Source: Octopus sinensis | Lineage: Eukaryota | Assembly (NCBI RefSeq): GCF_006345805.1 | Contig: NC_043006.1 | Span: 90,582,001 to 90,646,000, forward strand | DNA length: 64,000 bases | Direction of reading: 5' to 3' | In this document: piece by piece, positions 16,562-29,704 of the stretch | Numbering within the stretch: the stretch's first letter is position 1 | Layout: the number at the start of each line of letters is the position of its first letter | Position numbers and translations under genes: made by a program | The notes under the pieces: generated by a model | Databases searched by the model: none | The model's input: only the letters and a program-made list of their open reading frames with translations | Told to the model about the DNA's origin: nothing

Positions 16562-16734
16562 TTGAGGACAGTGGTCCCGGTGCGCGCATCCGCGCTAGCT
16601 TGTCGTGACCAGTCGATCCTACAACGACTACCTAGCAAAGTAAATAATTTTTTAAACAAAATAAATAAAACACAAAAACACAAAGTAAGGATCGACTAGC
16701 TAGCGCGAGTGCGCGCACCAGGACCACTTCTCAA
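16562..16734. mobile_element. MITE with GC-rich terminal inverted repeats
   Basis: AGTGGTCCCGGTGCGCGCATCCGCGCTAGC (16570-16599) matches the reverse complement of 16699-16728 at 27/30. Inner perfect AGTCGATCCT/AGGATCGACT pair; outer TTGAG/CTCAA. Confidence 0.75.
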
Positions 16735-17103
16735 TACATGTATATGTATGTATTATGAGTGCGTATACACACATGTATGCATATACGTATATAAATACGT
16801 AGAAAAAAATTGATGTGAGTGTACATATGTTTGTTTATGTATACACCATACCACCAACGATTCCAATCCCTCAAAGCCTGGACCCAACTCTACACCAAAC
16901 TCCCGGTCTGTGAAATTAAATCATTGAATATACAAATATACTCCACTATATAAAGTATTGCGTACTAGTTTTCTCGTCACGTAATCCGTCCGTCTCTCTC
17001 TCTATCTATGTCTGTCTCTCTCTGTCTATCTATCTATCTGTCTCTCTCTCTCTCTGTCTATCTAGCTTCTGTCTGTCTATCTATCTTTCTGTATGTATAT
17101 GTA

Positions 17104-17139
<36 letters not shown>

Positions 17140-18393
17140 ATGTATGTATGTATATTGCATATATCAATATGTGTATAACTGTGAATGTATTATTGCGAAA
17201 TAAGCTTAAATATTCGAAGAATCTATGAAAACTGAAAGGCTTTCTGTACATCCATGCCTTCCTACATCCACTTCGTGTCTTGTTACAAAGTTTGGAATGA
17301 AATTTAAGACGAATAATTCGAAGGATTTTCTCACTCTCCACTCTTGTTTTAATGGTAGATTCGGGCTAATTTCTTGTCTATTTATTTTTACTTTTATGTG
17401 ATACTCATGGTTCTGTGGGATTGACCATTAATCTTCGACTTCTAAAACCAATGTTTATCGTTAACTCTAAACGGCGTGTGCGGATGTTATCCATCCATCT
17501 GTCTATCTATGAAAGAGAGAAAAAGCTTGTATATGCATGTCTTCATATATACATAAACTATAGTATCGATACAGCGTGGCTCATGGGTAAATAAATATAC
17601 CTAATATATCATGTACATAGTCTCTCATATATACACACACACACATGTATCTCATTATCAGACTTGACGCACTTGTGAAATATTTAATCATTGAATGCAC
17701 AACAACTCAACAGGTAGTTGGTGCTATGATTATGTAATTTAAACAATGAGGAACAGTGTATCACTTTTGAAAAATATCAAATACAGTATGTATTAGGATT
17801 TACAATACTTACATGAAGTTTATGTATGTACACACATGTGTGTATGGGTGCATGTAGTGACTTCAAAATTTCGCCGGTCAGGGCCTGATTCAACTTACTT
17901 TCAACCGCACATTTGAAGGCACATGGGTAACACTTCATCGTCACGTTTTCATTTATTTGTGGTTATTGAACTTCGCTTCTTGCCATGAAGTTACTATTAT
18001 TTATTTATTTAATTTTTGTATTATAATACCTACCAACCACCACCACCTGTTGACTCCGGCCCGGCTTTTATTTCCTGTTGGGTTTTCTTTAACTCTTGTT
18101 TAATTTAAATCTATCTACACACGCACACACTCATTCTATACACATGTAAAATACATATTTCTGTGCGTGTGTGTAATATCAGTCACAGTAACACTGCTTT
18201 CAATCTGAAACCTTCCACTTCTGTAATAAATCTATTTAATTTAAAACACATGGCGATCACATCATGATGAATGGATAGTTAACAACTGAATGCTGTTGTT
18301 AACGGTTGCTACTTTATTTCGATCTGGAGCCATTTACTTCCCTTATTGCTGTAAGCAAAGGCATTAACATCATCAACTCAATTTTTAATCTCC

Positions 18394-18433
<40 letters not shown>

Positions 18434-21400
18434 TATATATATGTGGGGTAGTATGTCTCTGTTACGTGAGAAATCAATGATGAAACGATGAGTCAGTTGC
18501 AAAAGGATAAATATAATAGATTAAATCTAACATAACTGGGAGTATTCAATATGTTTAGAAATAAATCCGCAACGACTTGATTCACAAGCCCAGTCAAAGA
18601 GTCTATGTAGTTGATCGACCTACTACAAACAGCAGTGAAGTCACACATCTTGATTAGGAAGAGAAACCACCCCTAAAAGAATCGGGTGATGGTCAGCTGG
18701 AATGCTTTCGATCATAACTCTGATTCTCTCAAGGTTGACCTGGTGTTAAACAGTAACAACAGCTACTATTTGATTCTCATTTAAAAAAAAATTTTATGTT
18801 CACAAACATCAACAAATGTGAAAATTCACAGCCAGTCACTGGCACTAATTTTGTGTTTAATGCTCGTAATGTAAGAAATGTTAATTAAAAGATGATTACG
18901 TGAAGCATGTTCGTTTATTTCTCGTTTAACTATTTTACAGAGATTAGTTAAATACACCGAGAAAACACGTGTTTGCCATACATTCTGGCTGAAGTGGCGT
19001 GCTTAAAGCAGGTACTGCAATATACCGAGGAGGAAGGAGGAGGAGGTGACGACAACTAAATGCCTCAAATACCATAACACTCAGTTAATTATTTATCTCA
19101 CACACACACAAAATACAAGAACATTATCTTACGAAAGAGTCCTTAAGAGGTCACTCGACCTGCTAAAAATTACAGTTAAATCTCCCTTCTCAAAGTACAC
19201 TCTATACCATCTTAAAAAGGACAAGGAGAAATTGGATAATGCAGTCCTAGCTACGCACTACCTACGAAAATGATATGTAGGTGATGATAGCATGATCCTA
19301 GGTACATTTCGGGCACATATACATATATATATGTATGTGTATACATAAGATTGGCCTTAGTTTTACTACTTTGTTTATTAACTACGAGTTCAAATTCTCT
19401 TTTTTTTTAAAGAAAACTTTTAACTATTAATTTACAAATCTTTTGTATTTTCTTAGATCTTTTTTTATATAGTTGGATAATCTATAAACTTCAATGGTGT
19501 GAATTTTAAAACAAGACAAATTATCATTGTAGAAGCAACAATAGGACCTGTGTTTATATCGGCAATTTAATCCAATCAGGAAACGAACCAACCAACAACA
19601 AAACAAAAAAGAAATAACTAAAAAGAAGAAAGGAGAAAAAAAGGACTATTTTGATAGTAGACAAAGACAGTTTTATTACCGGCGATCAGCAAATGATAAA
19701 AATGTCATATTATTTATTGTACTATATTACAATAGAATTTATTCATAAAGGAAATTGAACATTCATTTATTTATTTATTTTTTCATTTAAAACTTGATTA
19801 GCAAAGGTTTATTTTCTTTCTCATTTATTGAATTATTATATTTTATATTATATTTCCCAAGAAAAAAAAAAGATCCGGAATTAAACTATACACTCTTAAA
19901 TGCATTATTAAGTTAATAGTGATTTGGAAAGAAATAAACGCCACCACATAAACTGTATTTGAGATTTCTCGTTTTGTTGTCGAATATAAGATTTGTAAGT
20001 TTGGCAGAATGATCGATTTAAATGTTGGAATTTTTCAAGAAATGTGACTAGATTCAGATATGTTTAAAAAGTTCATTTCTTCAACAATTGTCTAGAAACG
20101 GTTACTATGTAGCCTAAATAGTGAACGACACATTCATTTGCTGCAATTATTAAAGTTTTGTAATTAAGACTTTTTTTCAGTCGGTTATAGTCAATTTTGT
20201 CTCTATTAACTGTATACGACTTGTACGCTATGACCACAGAGTTTATCTAATGGTATTACATTTTTTTCAGAAAGTTTCATTCAGTATTTTATACCAAACA
20301 TTAAAAAAAAAATTAAACATGTCATGTACTTAGGTTTTCATGTGACTTTTTGTATGTAAATTCTAATTTGTTGAGGCAGTTGACCTTTTAATTTTCACCT
20401 TCTATCATCGTCTGATATATTGATACACGAGTTCTGTGTCTACTGTTGCTTTCAATGTTTGTAGTACGTGATAAAAGGCCGTGTTCGCTCACATCTCCAT
20501 TTAATATTTATCTACGATGTATATCTATCTTGAATGTTATCTTTAATATCGTGTTAGGTTTTTAGGCGACCACCATCGGTAGAGAGAGAGAGAGAGATAG
20601 TGAAAAGCTTAACCCCTTATAAGTATACGCTGCTCAGGTTTCATTGTTTAGAGCCGTTCATTTTATTTCCGTTGCTAATGTATTTTAGGAAGGGCATGAA
20701 CGTCAAAACTTCTATAATTCTCAGAATTAAAACTTTAATTTTCGAAATATTCTCCGACCTCTGCATATTTTGTTTATGTATTTTCATCTCGCCAAATACG
20801 CAGGTAACAGGAAAGATCGCCTTTATTTCATACTTAAGCTAATTTAAAACTTACTTAATTGCAAAGATTTTCTGCTTAATCATTCCTTCAAATTACACCT
20901 AAGCAAAAGTTCATTACTCCGACATAATAATTCGAAATATGTATGTAGGATCTTAAAAATTGGTAAATAATTTTGTCGCCTTAATCTCTAAGTGAGAATG
21001 TCGGTATAGTTTCTAACCTTGGCGACAAAATATGATTTTTTTCCCGGTTATTTTTTACTTCCTCTTTCATAAGTGAACAATATTTATCTCAGGAATGCTT
21101 GTGTTGCTAAGCACGCCTGCACTCGTTAACTTTGCCTTTTCATATTTCTTGTCTGTTCACCTTCTCTCTTCTTCCGCTCTGAAACAACGTTGTTATTCCA
21201 ATTTCGTCCTACAAACAGTGAGGTAGCTCAGAAAACTTGGTTATTTTTTTATACCTGATTTTTTTTTTCATACGACTAGAATTTCATCTTCAGCTCATTG
21301 AAATAAATTGCTAAACTCTGCTTTGAAGAGTGAGTAGTATTAATGTTACAAGGTTATAAAAAAAAAAAGTCATAATTTTTAGAAATGAGTGGGTGGGATT

Positions 21401-21869
21401 TTCTGCCTCACCCTTAGTCTAGGATAATGTTTAAAAGCTACAAAATCTTCCTTCTATGCTATATTCTCCAAATTCGCATCATGGTTTCAATATTACTCTC
21501 TTTCATAACTTTTGATTCCACACCCCTTCTTTCCGTTTCCATCGTGGCAAATATATTTGTCATCAATTAACCGGCAGTTTCATTGTTTGTATATCCGCTA
21601 ATTTCATAATCTCTGGTGTATTTGATACTTGACAAAATCGCTAATTATTATAGGATGGGTTTACTTTGTAGACTATATTTAAGAATTGAGGAATCAACTT
21701 GATACACATATCGCAGATAATTTTGGCAACATATTTACAAATACAAATGTATTTGGTGTTTTAATTACATCAAGTCCACATCTAAAGAAAGGCTGATATT
21801 TTTTTGCGGCCATACTGAGACACTTTCACGAAATGATTAGTTCAAATTTATCCCAGTGCCTTTTTAATC

Positions 21870-22165
21870 CTGTTACTTATTCTTTATCGGTTCTTTCACT
21901 GAAGTGCTAAGTTACGGGGACGTAAACAAACCAGCATCAGTTGCCAAGCAGTGGGTTGGTGGGATACAAACACAACACAGACTTGTGTTTGTGTGCATAT
22001 ATGACGGACTCCCTCAGTTTTCGTCTACCAAATTGACTCAAAGCATTTTGTCGGTCTGCGGGCTCTAATGGAAGACGGTGGCTTTAGCAACGTGCAGTGG
22101 GATTAAAGCAGAAACCACGTCGTTAGAAAGTGAGCTTCTTAACCATCAGCCATGTCTGCACCTAA
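21870..22165 (-). mobile_element. SINE copy with tRNA-like head at the right end
   Basis: Same family blocks as 8330-8530 and 37130-37352; the reverse-complemented head reads ...TGGTTAAGAAGCTCAC.... Confidence 0.7.
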
Positions 22166-23797
22166 ATTTAAGAATATTTTCCAACATTCCAAATGCTGTT
22201 ATAGTGTGCATGTAATATATATATAACTTTCATTTTAACCATAGTTTTACTACAAACTTCTAAAGTGCATGTTTTTATTGTGCTTACGCGGAGGCTTATA
22301 TTAAAATTGTAATACTATATTTTTAACTTTAATATTGCGTTTGTGTTGGATGTTTTATCGGATTAACTTTAATAAAAGCCTGGTTCATTTTAACTTTTCT
22401 TTCTTTGGTCTGTTTTATTGAATAAATTAAAATCATGACAAGATTTCCCTCTTATTAAATTATAACTCAACTGCTTTTACAACTTGTACATGAAATTTGT
22501 TTATGTCTTGAACATTGAGGTTTGTCTCTGAACATGGAATTAAACTAAAGCAAACAAGATTCTAGTTACACACAGACTAGTGAAAAACAACTGTTCTTTC
22601 TTGAGTTTTATCAATTGACGTAGAAGGGTTCGTCTGTTTAGATAAGAGTATTTAGTGGACGGTGGGGTAGAGGCAAAAAAAAAAGGCCGCGGTATCCACG
22701 TGCTTTCTAAATAAAGATCAATGTATTTTGGTTTGTTAATGTAGAGGAATGTGAGACGGACATCAGCGCACATTTTTTTTAGTTTGTTTTTCATGCTGTC
22801 TGTTTTAAACATTACTTTTGCTTCCAATGAATACTCTCTTTCTAGTCCACTTGTCTTTCTTTTTTTCACTATAATTATACATCTACTCCGTTTTCTCACT
22901 CATGTTCTTTTTCTTATTGACAACCGTATCTGTTCGTCTTTCTTTTTTGTTTAATACTTGCGCGGCTCTAAGCTTTTTAAATGAGGTGGAATAGTCTAAA
23001 AGGGGTCAATGGTTATTAGTCATTCAGTGTGAGGCGCCATCCTGCTATCACAGGACGTCGGGCAACGTTATTTCTTTTGTACGTGCTGGGGTTTATTTTC
23101 AACGTGAGCGCATCTCTTCTTTTTCCCCCCCTCACCTATGTAACTTGAATATAACCCCTAGTTACACATTCACCTGTACACGTGCTTTAGTGACTGAAAG
23201 TATTGGGTTTCCTTGGAAAAGGGCAATTTTCCCTTTCTTTTCCATCAGATACTTGAAATAAAAACTTTCAGAAACGGAAATGATAAATGCAGGTGTTTAA
23301 TAGTCATAAACATGCTGTATCTAAGTGACACCTTTTCTGTGAACTTTTGTATTCAGTTTTATCATTTATAGGTGATTTTAAAATACAACAGCTGGTCGAT
23401 TAAAACGAAGATGAAAGCAAAATAAATAAAATTAAAATTTTTAAAAAGGCGCAAAAACATATGTAGCTGTTCTTCAAATTTTGCTAAACATGAGAAATAG
23501 GTTATCAGACATTGTACGTCTGAAGTTAAGAAAAAAAAGCTTGAATCTAACAGATTTCATATTTACAAGCACTCTTTTTGCACGTGGTCATCTGTATCTT
23601 TTTTCTTTTTTTTTTTATCTTTAGGTTGAAAATGATAATTGAAGAGGTTTGTTTTCAGACAATTGTACTGATACTCTACAAATTCATTGCAACGCCTCTG
23701 ACTACATACAACCTGCTAATGGCATCGTTCTTCAAAATCGGACAAGCTGTTTTTCTAAATGCCCGTGACCACCCTTTTTATTTGGCACTGCAATTAT

Positions 23798-23831
<34 letters not shown>

Positions 23832-24360
23832 CACACACACACAAGGAATCGGTTTAACTATTCCTCGGTTCAATTTTGTTTCGCGGTTTAAACCTGACTC
23901 TTTATTTTTATTATATCTTCCTTTTAATATGGTTTCTGAATTAGATGCCGTCGATCGCAGTACTTAACTGGTACATTTCACTGATCCCTGAAGGATGAAA
24001 GCCAAAGTTGACCTCGGCTAAAAAGCATATTATTTTGTTCAATGTTCTACCGGCCATTTTCTTTTCAAATAAAAATGAAAAGTATTGTTTCATTTATCCA
24101 AATGAGAGTTGTCGTTTCTTTATGGACAAAAAAATAAAGAACTTAAATACTAGGATCGATTTGAGAATCCTATAAAACACCCTCAACGTCAATGGAAATT
24201 AGACGACGAAGACGAGCAATAAAGATAACTCCCGATATCTTTTTGATTCTCTTTCGAGTTCCATTTGAAATTTCCTTGTGTCTTGTTGTTATCGCATGAC
24301 TGGATGTCTTCTGTTTAAAATATTTAAATGTTTCAAATAATCCGGACATTAAAAAAAAAC

Positions 24361-25040
24361 GGATCTTTTCCTTTTAGTACGGCAGTTTTCAACACAATTT
24401 CTAGTTAACTAAACACTTTTAAACTTCGTATACTGGTAGAATGTGTCAAAATAAAACATTTTTCTCTCTTGGCTTTCTTGAGAAAATTGTAATTTGTAAG
24501 TTTAACGTAATTTAATTTTTCGAATTTTAACCAATCAATGGCCTCTATTTAGCTAAAATCATTTGCTGCGTCTAAAACTGAGACAACATCCTGTCACTAA
24601 CCCTAACCCTAAATTTTAGCCTTTCGTTTTTTTTTAATTGTTAAATTAATTTAATTGTTACGCGTGTGTCTAAAATTATTCGTTTTGTTTTGAGATACAC
24701 GTGTATTGTTTAAACTAGTTTCCATAGCAATGGAAAATAATTTAAACAATTAACAAACAAAATAATTCTATAATATTATACACACGCTTTCCGTACGTAA
24801 ACATAACAGTGACAGGATTCTCAGTTTTAGACGCAGCAAATGATTTTAGCTAAATAGAGTCCATTGATTGGTTAAAATTCGAAAAATTAAACTACGTTAA
24901 ACTTACAAATTACAATTTTCTCGAGAAAGCCAAGAGAAAAAAATGTTTTATTTCAACACATTCTACCAGTATACAAAGTTTAAAAGTGTTTAGTTAACTA
25001 GAAATTGTGTTGAAAACTGCCGTTCAAAAGGAAAAGGTCC
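24361..25040. mobile_element. 680-bp fold-back MITE with ~235-bp terminal inverted repeats
   Basis: 24361-24598 and 24808-25040 are near-identical reverse complements (GGATCTTTTCCTTTT... / ...AAAAGGAAAAGGTCC). Internal TAACCCTAACCCTAA. A solo end occurs at ~26409-26430. Confidence 0.85.
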
Positions 25041-27080
25041 AAAAGAAATAATTTATGACAAAGGTTTCTGATCCGTGTCTGAGAATCATCTAAGTTTGTA
25101 AAACGCACACCACATAGACCATGCAGCATTTAGAAGATTGCTTCTTTTGTGCTTTTTCCTTTACAGGAATATAGATGACTTGAAGTGTGACAAACATATT
25201 TTCATGGATCAAACTCAGTTGCTAACTTGACTCTATTGCGTTACAAGGAAGAGGAACAGCCCTTAACCTTTATCCCAATCTCTCTCCTACGTGTATATGT
25301 TCACTCAAATGGATTTGACTTAAAATATTTATTGATAAAGAAACTTTCCTCTACATTTACAAGTGGATGTTTAGAAACAAAATAGAATGTTTTGAAACAT
25401 TTCATATTCCGTTTACTCTACCTGGCCTCTAACTAGTGAAAGGAAAAGTTTGTATGAAATAATGCATTTTTATTGTTAGAAATGTGAGGCGCTGGTGAAT
25501 GCGAAAACCCAATCTTCAGTGACATGTGATATTTTTATAGCTTGTGGATGTTGCAAGATCGAGGATTCATCACCAATATTGTCCAGTATTTCATTTCATT
25601 ACAAACTACGCTACTAAGTGATTTAGCTGTACTTAATTTTACTGAGCAGATAAAATTGGTTTCAATCACCAACCAATGAGCGATTGATGCTCCTAAAGAA
25701 CCAGCTTCAGTGTTTCGCTTAAACAAGTGAATCGTCGTCACACACCAATCGTACTTTTTAACAAATCCACTTAATAATCATGAAGTCCTACGTTCTATCT
25801 CTTTATGTAACATCTTAGCGTGAGCTTAAAGTCCCTTATCCGAGTCGTTTAAACGTTCAGATAACCGTCGTAAAATAGAGAAAGTAAATAGCGATAGAAA
25901 CTGGAAATAATGACATCGACATCCAGTAACTTCATGTCAATACTGTATGTGACTTACCAATGTACTCAATATGTAAACGTACACATTACATGAAAACCGT
26001 TCACATATTTTATACAAGATGAAAACAGTCGCGTTTGCAGGAAAACATAACAGTCATTGATGCACGAACAGAGAATCGTGAATTTTCTTTCAAGAACTCT
26101 AAATTTGTTTCGTCGTACATGCTCATAAAGATATGGTGTAAATAAATCCTCACTGTTGCTAAATTTTCTTCTTGGCAGGCACTCATCACCCGCCTATTGT
26201 CTGTGTATAGATGTTGTCATCGTTTGGATCAACAAAATTATATTGAATGGTTTCAAACTGGTGAGTAATAGAAGTTGCCGAGACTCAAATATGAAGCCTA
26301 CCAATTAGATATCAAATGTATTTTATGAAACTTTGGTATATCACCGTTGTCACTGCCAGTTTCTATCACAATATACTTTTTAAGGACACTTTACTTTTAG
26401 TATTTTGCGACGTTCAAAAGGAAAAGATCCCACCTTAGTTATATCTTAGAATTATGCTAAAGGTCTGTGGAATGTCCAGTTAGTTGCTCGCTATTTAAAT
26501 GAGCAGCGATCCTTTGGCATTGCTCAGCTAGGAGTTGGTTTGAGGCGGCAACAACATCATCCTCTTGAGGGAAGGGTGTGTGTGTGTGTGGATGGATGAC
26601 GTCGTCTTCCAATAACTAAGGACTGCCTAATAAAAAAAGTAGTCTCAGAAGATCGAACAACTCAATATTCATCATCGGAACCGACAGAGATTTATTTCTA
26701 TAAATGTACCTAACAGTGAGTACTACACATGCCATTCATTATCCCAGCAATCGACATAACGTATTCACACATCATTTATTTTTCTACACCTTGAAATTAA
26801 CATTCCTTTCTTACTTTGTTTACTCTTGTGCTGAGTGGGTGCTGTTAGAACATCGCTTTCAAACACCGACATGTTATTCAAGAACATTGAGCTGATTTTC
26901 GGATTACATGCCTTGCTTAGCCAGAGTTAACATTTCTTTAGGTCAATAATAATAATAATAACATCTATCTATCTATCTATCTATCTACCAAAGTAAGCAC
27001 ATAAATGTGAAACAAGGTGGGAAAAATACCGGAGCTGGAGTAATATTCTTTATCATTATTAATAAAAAATATCACAAAAA

Positions 27081-27121
27081 AACTGCTTACTCAGTTTCAC
27101 GTTCCCGTTCGTCGGACAGTT
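27081..27121 (-). ncRNA. Hammerhead-like motif with U4C core variant, in a short dispersed repeat
   Basis: Minus strand: AACTGT-CCGACGA-ACG(GGAA)CGT-GAAA-CT(G)AG-TA-A[G]CAGTT. Stem II has a GNRA loop and stem III is palindromic, but the core is CC rather than CU and stem I carries a bulge. Confidence 0.45.
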
Positions 27122-27170
27122 TAAATTGAGAATCTCTCTTTCTCTCTCTCATATATATATATACATATAT

Positions 27171-27228
<58 letters not shown>

Positions 27229-27649
27229 CTTAGACTGGTTTCGGCTATTATTGGCCCAGGCCATGGCTAACTCAATAACACCACCTGGAAAAGTCTTTTA
27301 GTTAATTATTTCGGAACACCATGGACCACTCAAGCAGGATGTTGTTGTTGGTTGAGACATATCCAGGTGTAGGTGGTTTATCCGGTATTTCCTGGGGGAA
27401 TTTGTCCAGGTACCTTTTGAAAGGATAACATTGAAAAGAGCAGGACCATTTGCAGTGAATAAATTGTGTCGTAATGTTATGTGATGTGATCTCGACTTTT
27501 GTAGGGGACTCATTGCACGGGGACCTAGTCTTGGTTGAATTGTTAACATAACACCGATATCATTTGGATAATATTGGTGGAACATTTTCCACATGGTGCA
27601 AATAATGTATCGCTCACGGCTGCGTTGCAGAGAATAATAATCCCAGCTG

Positions 27650-28927
27650 GGTACTTGTCTATTGTCGTGGTCCCGGTTTCGCACACGCGAATTCGCGCGC
27701 GCGCGCCAGACGTAGGTACTCGATACTCGAGATCCTACGAGGTGACTTGCGCAGTGCAGAATTCGCGCATGCGCGTTAACCCCCCCCCCTAAAAAAAAGG
27801 TGTTGGATTTCACTAAAAATATATGTGTGTGTGTGTGTGTGTATATAACATTTTCAATTTTACACAAAAAAATTACAAAGTCGCTTTCCTCGCGGATTTA
27901 CAGATAAATGAATTAATTACTATTTTACAGAATAAAATTAATGAATTAATTATATAAATTAAATAATTCTTCAAAATTAATTAATATTAATAATATTTTT
28001 TGAACAAAGTAAATAATTTATAAAACTTGGTTAATAATTTTTTTTACACAAACGCGAACGTATATAATTTGTGAATTTTTTTTTTTTACAGACGTATATA
28101 ATTTGGTAAACTTAATGAATTAATTTCTTCTCATCATCATCATCGTTTAACGTCCGTTCTCCATGCCAGCATGGGTTGGACGGTTCGACCGGGGATCTGG
28201 GAAGCCAGAAGGTGCACCAGACTCCAGTCTTATCTGGCAATGTTTCTACAGCTGGATGCCCTTCCTAACGCCAACCACTCCGAGAGTGTAGTGGGTGCTT
28301 TTTTACATGCCACCCGCACAGGTGCCAGGCGAAGCTGGCAACGGCCACGGTCGGATTGGTGCCAGTCGAGGCGGCTCTGGCATCGGCCACGTTCGGATAG
28401 TGCTTTTTACGTACCACCAGTCCAGGGGTCCTGGCATTTGCCGGGTGCCACACTTGCCCCAACATGTCTTCGCAAGCAAAGGGGGTTGGCATGGGTGCCT
28501 GTCGTGGGATGAGGTTCGATATCAACTTCGCTTGCCTCAACAGGTCTTTGTGTATAAATGTATAAATTTTTCGCACTAAATTCTTTCCGTAGAATTTATC
28601 AAAAAACGCGCAAAATTATTCCGTAGAATTTATCAAATTAAAAAACGCAAAATTAATATATTTTTTGAAATTGCAAATTATTTAGAATATAAAACAAATG
28701 AAGTTAAATTTAAAAAATAAATGTCATATACTTATACTCTGTAAGGTGCTGTGTTCACACTTCAATTTACTATTTTCTAGAAATGTTGCTTTTCTAATTG
28801 AAACAATTTTTCTCAATCTCCATTTAAAAGTCCATAATGCCTCTTGAGCCATATCAAAATGAACAACTTTGAATTACGCGGCGAATTCGCGTGTGCGAAA
28901 CCGGGACCACGACAATAGACAAGTACC
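27650..28927. mobile_element. Non-autonomous DNA transposon, probably Merlin superfamily (1278 bp)
   Basis: Perfect 47-bp TIRs (27650-27696, 28881-28927) starting GGTAC. 8-bp target duplication CCCAGCTG at 27642-27649 and 28928-28935. GG termini plus an 8-bp TSD are Merlin/IS1016 hallmarks. Confidence 0.82.
28132..28550 (-). mobile_element. RTE-tail SINE-like element nested in the Merlin-type transposon (family also at 36423-36540, 46145-46250, 60595-61160, 5050-5130)
   Basis: (CAT)n-CGTTTAACGTCCG...CATGGGTTGGACGG...GGATGCCCTTCCTAACGCCAACC; the (GAT)n tail is on the minus strand. Confidence 0.8.
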
Positions 28928-29350
28928 CCCAGCTGTTTGAGCCCAATAATCAAGTTCCGTCATGCCATTTATTTTTTTAGTGATTGATCTTTGTAGTGCT
29001 TCGATCCTCATCGTCTTTCTTTTTTTGTAGGGGGACAATAATGGACACACCAAAAAAAGGGGGTGGGGATATAATACAGATAGACAATTCGTGGCCACAA
29101 AAATATTCAAGTCAGTTAGTAATAGAAGAGAAAATATTTCAAATCCGTTATTAACTGGCAATACCTAACGTGTACATACTGACAACACTATCTATATATG
29201 ATAGTATGACGTGTGACTTTTTTTTAAAATCTGGTTTCAGACAGTTAGTGCTCCAGACTGGACTTCATACCTAAAATCCAACCTAGAACGGGAGAATCCA
29301 GGCAAACAAAGGCAATGAACGTGTGTGCGTGTTTATACATACATATGAAA

Positions 29351-29660
29351 GTGCATGGCTTAGTCGTAAGAGCGTCGGGCTCATAATAATCAAAAGGTAG
29401 TGAGTTCGATTCATGAACCGGGCTGTGTTGTGTTCTTGAGCAAAACACTGTTTCACGTTGCAGTAGAAATGAGTTGAGACGTTACTGGTGCCAAACTTTA
29501 TCAGCCTTTTCCTTGGACAACATCGGTGGCGTGGAGAGGGGAGGCTGGTATGCATGGATGACTGCTGGTCTTTCATGAACAACTTGCCCGGACTTTATGC
29601 CCCGGAGGGTAGCTTTCTTGGTGCAACCCTATGGTCATTCAGGACCGAAGGGGGTCTTTA
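29351..29660 (+). mobile_element. tRNA-derived SINE, second family (minus-strand copy at ~50690-51010; related head at ~5995-6180)
   Basis: A-box-like TGGCTTAGTCG and B-box-like GAGTTCGATTC, followed by GTGTTCTTGAGCAA.ACA. 50690-51010 is its reverse complement. Confidence 0.7.
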
Positions 29661-29704
29661 CTTTCATATAAAATTAATATAGACAGCAGTGTGCAATGAC
29701 TTAC

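Larger units (their letters stand above)
27230..29030 (-). mobile_element. CR1-like LINE 3' fragment, split by the Merlin-type insertion
   Basis: Joining the flanks gives IEALQRSITKKINGMTELDYW..LKQLGL-YSLQRSRERYIICTMWK...NLFTANGPALFN, a typical CR1-group RT C-terminus, followed by a 3' tail near 27230. Confidence 0.8.

Noticed and set aside
24598-24612. (TAACCC)n telomere-like repeat
   Set aside because: Only ~2.5 units and internal to a MITE; not a telomeric fusion.
29351-29430. A-box/B-box pattern suggesting a tRNA gene
   Set aside because: No cloverleaf; continues into SINE body sequence. No true tRNA, rRNA or snRNA genes were seen in the window.
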